Assembly: GCA_965248835.1 (NCBI GenBank)
Contig: CBDFLJ010000002.1
Span: 1,856,001 to 1,920,000, forward strand
Direction of reading: 5' to 3'
DNA from: Alphaproteobacteria bacterium
GTDB taxonomy: Bacteria > Pseudomonadota > Alphaproteobacteria > MPNO01
DNA: 64,000 nucleotides
The notes under the pieces are model-generated. The model searched no databases and was not told the origin of the DNA. It saw only the letters and a program-made list of their open reading frames with translations. Below are positions 57,303 through 64,000 of this stretch, piece by piece. Numbering within the stretch: position 1 is the first letter of the stretch; the number at the start of each line of letters is the position of its first letter. Made by a program: the position numbers and the translations under genes.

Positions 57303-57863
57303 TCAGTCCTGCCGCGCCGCGAGAACCGTCGCCTGGGGCCAGCCATAGGCCAGCTCGACGATATCGGCGCCGCCGAGCGAACCGGGCCGGCGCCCGACGA
57401 GCCGCCCGTCCAACGATTCATAAAAGTATCTCGCCGGGTTGCCCTCGAGAACCCAGACGATCACCGACGGGCCGTAGCGCTCGGCGAGCCCGACCGCCAT
57501 GGTCGCGAACAGCCGCCGCCCGATTCCGTTGCCGCGGAAGTCGTCGTCGACATAGAGCGTATAGACCTCGCCGTCGTGGCCCAGGCTGCCCTGCCGTGCC
57601 ACACCGCCGCTGGTGAAGCCGACGATCTTGGCCGGCCGGCCACCGTCGACGGTCTCGGCAACGATCACGCGCTCCGCAGATCCGGGCCGGGCGATGAGCC
57701 GCGCCCAGTCCTGGCTGCGCCGCTCGCTGGCACGCATGCCGACCAGCAGGCCCTCGGGCAGCAGGCCGGGATAGGCGCTGCGCCATCCTTCGACGTAGAT
57801 CCCGGCGACGGCTTCGGCATCGCCGACGCGCGCGGCGCGGAGTCTCACCATCGCCGTCGCCAC
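57303..57863 (-). CDS. GNAT family N-acetyltransferase
   Basis: [17 protein letters not shown] and N.ARYFYE motifs. Confidence 0.88.
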   Translation of the reverse strand: MATAMVRLRAARVGDAEAVAGIYVEGWRSAYPGLLPEGLLVGMRASERRSQDWARLIARPGSAERVIVAETVDGGRPAKIVGFTSGGVARQGSLGHDGEVYTLYVDDDFRGNGIGRRLFATMAVGLAERYGPSVIVWVLEGNPARYFYESLDGRLVGRRPGSLGGADIVELAYGWPQATVLAARQD

Positions 57864-59399
<1,536 letters not shown>

Positions 59400-60269
59400 T
59401 CAGGCACGATGGTCTGCGGCGCGGGCGTTGATCTGGGTGCGGTGCATGATGCGGCGCGAGTCCGGATCAAAGGCGTCGCGCCGATGGATGACGCAGCGAT
59501 TGTCCCACAGGACCAGATCGCCGACCCGCCAGCGATGGCGATAGACCAGCTCGCTCTGCGTGCACGCTGCCCATAAGGCGTCGAGCAGCGTCTCGCTTTC
59601 GGCCACCGGCAAACCGCAGACATAGCCGTTGGTGCGGCGTCCCAGATAGAGCGCGTCGCGCCCGGTCTCGGGATGGCGCAAGACCATCGGATGCCGCGCG
59701 CCTGGTGCCCGCGAAACATCGCTCACCAGCGCAGCGCCGACCCGGAGGTCGCCCGCGCTGGTATAGCTCGAATCGTGGTTTGCAAGACGCCCCTCGATAC
59801 GCTCGCGGAGCGACGCCGGCAGCTCGGCCAAAGCGCGGTACATGTCCGCGAACCAGGTATCGCCCTGACCCTCCGGTATCGCGAGCGCGTAGAGCGCGCT
59901 CGCGATCGGCGGGCGGTCGACATAGGACATGTCGGTGTGCCACTCCGCCTCGCCAGCGCCGAGGCTGCCGATCGGCCGGCCGTTCTCGACGACGTTGGAG
60001 ATCACCCAAATCTCCCGGTGGGCCGGCGCCGAGCTGCCGCCCTTGCCGTCCCATTCGCCGGCTGGGCTGATCTCGAGATCGCCGAATCGACGGCTGACCC
60101 GGACGAGGTCGTCGTCGGTGATCCGTTGATCCCGAAAGAACACGACACCATTGTCGTGCCAGGCGGCGCGGATCTGCGCATAGGCCGCATCGTCAAGAGG
60201 TCGACTGAGGTCGATGCCGCGGATCTCGGCACCCAGCGCGGCGCCGGTCGGAACGACTTCGACGGTCAC
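59400..60269 (-). CDS. TauD/TfdA family dioxygenase (second)
   Basis: LGAEIRGIDL, WHTD and WDNRCVIHRR motifs; GTG start inferred. Confidence 0.9.
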   Translation of the reverse strand: MTVEVVPTGAALGAEIRGIDLSRPLDDAAYAQIRAAWHDNGVVFFRDQRITDDDLVRVSRRFGDLEISPAGEWDGKGGSSAPAHREIWVISNVVENGRPIGSLGAGEAEWHTDMSYVDRPPIASALYALAIPEGQGDTWFADMYRALAELPASLRERIEGRLANHDSSYTSAGDLRVGAALVSDVSRAPGARHPMVLRHPETGRDALYLGRRTNGYVCGLPVAESETLLDALWAACTQSELVYRHRWRVGDLVLWDNRCVIHRRDAFDPDSRRIMHRTQINARAADHRA

Positions 60270-60429
60270 GGCAGAGCGCGCCAACGGGCGAAGCCGGCGC
60301 ATTTTCCCGTCATGACCGTTCCTCCCCGCCGATTGCAAGGACGTGTGGACAAAACCCTACCCGCCGAGGTTTCGCGATGCAACACGTCCACGACCGGGCG
60401 TGCCGGCTGACCGAGCGTTCATGATGCGT

Positions 60430-61040
60430 TTAGAGCGTTCGACTTTTAGGTTGAAGCATATCCAGCGTTCCTGAGGTAGTTGGCGTTTTCCTGTGGGGAG
60501 AAGTCGTCCAGGCGTTCACCGATACGCTCGATCACGATCTCGACGCTGCGCTCGGCGGCCTTGCGAAGCTGGCCCTTGAGCTTGGTGAAGACCTGCTCGA
60601 TCGGGTTGAGGTCGGGGGGTATTTGGGCAGGAACAACAGGTGTGTACCGGCCTTGCGGATGGCCCGGCGTACCGCCACGCCCTTGTGGCTGCTGAGATTG
60701 TCCATGATCACGACATCGCCCTTGCCGAGCGCGGGCACCAGCGCCTGCTCGACATAGGCCTGAAAGCGCTCGGCATTGATCGCGCCGTCGAACACGCAGG
60801 GCGCTTCGATGCGGTCGTGGCGCAGCGCCGCAAGCAAAGTCATGGTGTTCCGGTGGCCCTGTGGCGCCTTGTCGAGGACCCTGTGACCGCGCGGGCCGCG
60901 GCCGTAGGCGCGGATCATGTTGGTCTTGGGCCAAGTCTCATCGATGAAGACGAGCCGGCGCGAGTCGATCCGGCTCTGGTACTTGCGCCATTGCGCGCGT
61001 CGGCGGACGACATCCGGCCGGTCCTGTTCGCTCGCGCGGG
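60430..61040 (-). mobile_element. IS630-family transposase remnant (DDE domain only, frameshifted)
   Basis: LVFIDETW, VIMDNLSSHK and [shift] PDLNPIEQVF motifs; TTAGAGC end just past the stop; N-terminal part missing. Confidence 0.9.
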
Positions 61041-61129
61041 GGTGTCAGGTGCGGGCGGCCGCGTTCCACTTGTCCTTGCAACCGGCCGGCTCAGCGGTGG
61101 GCACGTTGCTCCAATCGGTATCCGCTGAT

Positions 61130-61279
61130 CGGCCGCGGGACCAAGGACGGGCCGGGCTGCGCAAGGGCGGCAAGCTTTACCTGCACGCGAGTCGGATTGC
61201 GCTCGAAGACGCCCCGATCGACGACCTCGACCAGAGCGATCTGTGGCACGCGGAATGCGAAGGCATGTGCCGCGCCTGA
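61130..61279 (+). pseudogene. C-terminal fragment of a phage/ICE-type conserved protein
   Basis: YLHAS..L...DLW..ECEGMC tail with no upstream body; recognised from memory only. Confidence 0.4.
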
Positions 61280-61532
61280 CCGAAACGGGCGGCTGCATGA
61301 TCGACGGACGGCCGATGGCCGGCGGGCAGGATGAATTCATGCTCGATCTCATCGGTGCGGCATGAATGCTCAAGAGCGATAGCCCTGCCCTATCAACAAT
61401 CGATCCTGATCAGATCCTTAAGGGATATGCTGCTCTTGTAATCGTTTCGGAAGCGCGACAAGCTGACCGCCTTCATCGGGTGTTCTCTAAGAGCCGGCGG
61501 GGCCTTACAGAGACCCTGCGGCGGAAAGAGGA

Positions 61533-62657
61533 ATGGCGGCGAAACTATTCGAACCAATAGAGTTGCGTGGCGTGCGGCTGCCCAACCGCATTGTCGTGGC
61601 GCCGATGACGCAGTTCTCCGCCGATGACGGTGTCGCGGGCGACTGGCATCTGATGCATCTCGGCCAGTATGCGGTGTCCGGCGCCGCGCTGGTATTGACC
61701 GAGTCCACATATGTCGCGGCGGGCGCGCGTAATGCGCCGAGTTGCCTGTCCCTCTACTCCGACGAGCAGGAGACCGCCGTTGCGCGCATTGCGCAGTTTT
61801 TCGCGACTCATAGCGACGGGTATTTCGGCGTTCAGCTTTGCCATGCCGGGCGCAAGGCCTCCGCCCGGGAACCCTGGAAGGGCGGGGGACCCTTGTCGGC
61901 TGACGAAGGCGGCTATGAAGCGGTCGCGCCCTCGGCGGTGCCGCTCTCGGAAAAATGGCCGGCGCCGACACCTCTGTCTGCCGACGCCGTCTCCGATGTG
62001 ATCCAATGTTTCGTCGACGCGGCCCAGCGCGCGAAACGCGCCGGCGCCAAGGTCATCGAACTCCACGGCGCGCATGGCTATTTGATCCATCAGTTTCTAT
62101 CGCCGCTGACCAACCGGCGGAACGACGAATATGGCGGCAGCTTGGCCAACCGAATGCGTTTTGCGCTCGACGTGTTCAAAGCCGTTCGAGCGGTTTGGCC
62201 GTCTGACCTTCCCATCGGCATGCGCGTGTCCGCGACCGATTGGGTGGCGGGTGGCTGGTCTGTCGAAGAGACCATCGAGCTCGCCCGGGCGCTCGATGCG
62301 CACGGTTGCGATTACATCCATGTTTCCAGCGGGGGCTTGAGCCCGGCGCAGCAGATTACCGTGGGGCCGGGATACCAAACCGGGTTCGCCGAGGCCGTCA
62401 AGGCCGCCGTCGACATGCCGGTCATCGCGGTGGGGCAGATCAGCGAGCCTCGCCAAGCCGAAACCATTTTGCTTAGTGAGCAGGCGGATATGGTCGCCTT
62501 GGCGCGGCCGATGCTGTTTAACCCGCGATGGGTTTGGCATGCGGCGCAGGAGCTGGGTGAGCCGATAGCCTATCCGCGCCAATATGAGCGCGGCCACCCG
62601 GATAAATGGGGCGCAAGCGGAATCAATGCGCCCGGCAATCGCATACCCGAGAAATAG
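61533..62657 (+). CDS. OYE family NADH:flavin oxidoreductase (third)
   Basis: NRIVVAPMTQFS, HGAHGYL, PGYQ and YPRQYER motifs. Confidence 0.9.
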   Translation: MAAKLFEPIELRGVRLPNRIVVAPMTQFSADDGVAGDWHLMHLGQYAVSGAALVLTESTYVAAGARNAPSCLSLYSDEQETAVARIAQFFATHSDGYFGVQLCHAGRKASAREPWKGGGPLSADEGGYEAVAPSAVPLSEKWPAPTPLSADAVSDVIQCFVDAAQRAKRAGAKVIELHGAHGYLIHQFLSPLTNRRNDEYGGSLANRMRFALDVFKAVRAVWPSDLPIGMRVSATDWVAGGWSVEETIELARALDAHGCDYIHVSSGGLSPAQQITVGPGYQTGFAEAVKAAVDMPVIAVGQISEPRQAETILLSEQADMVALARPMLFNPRWVWHAAQELGEPIAYPRQYERGHPDKWGASGINAPGNRIPEK

Positions 62658-62659
62658 AT

Positions 62660-62985
62660 CGCACCCGCTCAATCGGCTTCGCCGCCTCGAGGAGCTTGAG
62701 AAGGAGAACGAGCGGCTGCGCCGCGCGGTCTCCGAACTGACACTGGACAAGCAGATCCTCAAGGGTGAGCGCGTGCACGCCATCGGTTCGAGAGCGTGCG
62801 TGCGCGAACGCACGGGGAAATTTCTGAGCCCGTCGCGCCGTCGCCACTGCATCGACCATGTCCGCGGCCGGCTGAGGATCTCGGAGCGTCGGTCCTGCCG
62901 GGTGCTCGGGCAGCACCGCTCGACCCAACGCCATATCCCTCGCAGACGAGACGACGAGGGCCGCCTGGTTGCGGACATGATCGAG
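62660..62985 (+). mobile_element. IS3-family remnant (OrfA end + OrfB start)
   Basis: LEKENERLRRAVSELTLDKQIL; GGGAAAT frameshift site; SERRSCRVLGQHRSTQR; truncated at both ends. Confidence 0.88.
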
Positions 62986-63008
62986 CCGGCCTGCCGTAAT
63001 CACATCGC

Positions 63009-64000
63009 TTATGAAACGGGCGCCGGTTCACCGGCGGCGATGACCTCGTTGCCCGATGGCACGACGACGATCTGATCGGCCGGGTCTCGTATGGTGCCCG
63101 GCGGGTCCTCGCCGCGCTCCACGGCCTCGATCGCCTCGCTCAATAGACGCCGGAACATGACCACGCCGCGGTCCGATGTCGCCAGATGTTCCAGCGCATG
63201 CCGGGCGATCGACCGCTGGCTAACCTGCGCCTCCCAATCATCGGGTGTGCGCTGGGTTTCCTCGTAGTCGCGGACGACCTCCCCGTCGGGCGGTTGAAAG
63301 ATCCTCTTGCCGGGATCGATGCGTTCCACATGGAACCCGATCGTGTGCTCGTTATCGACGGGTACCCACCAGCCGACCATGCGGGCGCGCTCCGTCTCGC
63401 CATCGGGATCGGTGCCGGTTACATCGGGCGGCGGTATGCACTTTGCCGTCGGCACGAATATGGTGGAAGTGCGGATCAGCCTGTTACCGTCTTCCAGATC
63501 GGTTGTCCGGATATAAGAGACATGCCGATCCGAACGAACGAAGTCGAAGGTGGGTCTGATCCCCATCACGTCGGCAAAGTCGAACAGGCTTTGGTTGGTA
63601 CCATGGAGGGTGTAGATGTGGACCGGGTCGGCGGCGTTTTCATGGAGCTGCAGCCAGTTACAGGCCGCCACCGCACCGCGGCTGTAATTGCGGTAGGCGA
63701 GATACTCGGCGTCCTCGTCCTCCAGAATATCGTAGCGCGGCAATAGCGGCTTTTTGTCGAGCGGCCCCATATAGGCGAAAACCAGACCCCTGTATTCCTC
63801 CACCGGATACCACGGCTGTCGCACCTCGTGCTTATAAGGGCTTTCGTCGGGCTCGCCCGGCTGGTCGAGGCATTTGCCTTCTTCATTGAAATACCAGCCA
63901 TGGTAACAGCACCGCAGGCCGTGCTCTTCGATCCTGCCATATTCCAGCGAGGCCCCGCGATGGACGCAGTGGGCGCCCAACACGCCGACTCGGCCTGACT
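63009..64000 (-). CDS. Rieske non-heme iron oxygenase alpha subunit (5' partial; phthalate 4,5-dioxygenase/VanA-like)
   Basis: CVH...CCYHGW Rieske motif; ENAADPVH..LH mononuclear iron site; EHLATSD motif. Confidence 0.9.
   Translation of the reverse strand, partial: SGRVGVLGAHCVHRGASLEYGRIEEHGLRCCYHGWYFNEEGKCLDQPGEPDESPYKHEVRQPWYPVEEYRGLVFAYMGPLDKKPLLPRYDILEDEDAEYLAYRNYSRGAVAACNWLQLHENAADPVHIYTLHGTNQSLFDFADVMGIRPTFDFVRSDRHVSYIRTTDLEDGNRLIRTSTIFVPTAKCIPPPDVTGTDPDGETERARMVGWWVPVDNEHTIGFHVERIDPGKRIFQPPDGEVVRDYEETQRTPDDWEAQVSQRSIARHALEHLATSDRGVVMFRRLLSEAIEAVERGEDPPGTIRDPADQIVVVPSGNEVIAAGEPAPVS

Noticed and set aside
62781-62795. GGTTCGA as a tRNA T-loop
   Set aside because: No cloverleaf; lies in a small hairpin inside an IS remnant.

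Overview
64-kb chromosomal window from a high-GC bacterium, very probably an alphaproteobacterium of the Rhodospirillales type. This is inferred from the cfa-dnaB-alr-mlaE-mlaF-radA-cvpA-purF-SDR and yfgM-bamB-der gene order, DUF2794 and the alphaproteobacterial porin. About 1-33 kb is a catabolic/accessory region. It holds hydantoinase B, two TRAP systems (one with a tandem triplicated, mosaic dctP array), a TauD + OYE pair, a PuuE-like deacetylase, UPF0280/AA_synth genes, three group-D flavin monooxygenases, a DUF2848-cupin-amidase cassette, a TolA/TonB-like DUF4384 protein, an integrase remnant with direct repeats, and a frameshifted porin with an EF-hand loop. About 33-59 kb is mostly housekeeping/envelope genes: ubiX, an L,D-transpeptidase with an OprI/Lpp-like lipoprotein, hspQ, rbsK, pcm-like, cfa, dnaB...purF, der, bamB, fni-Nudix and guaAB. 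About 60-64 kb is a decayed mobile island with IS630 and IS3 remnants, an OYE and a partial Rieske oxygenase. I saw no rRNA, tRNA or CRISPR array. Best candidates for new biology are the Braun-type lipoprotein + LDT tether in an alphaproteobacterium, the TolA-like DUF4384 protein, the chimeric dctP array, the EF-hand porin, and TauD coupled to a stand-alone AbmA-like reductase. All family calls come from motif recognition by eye; no database searches were run.
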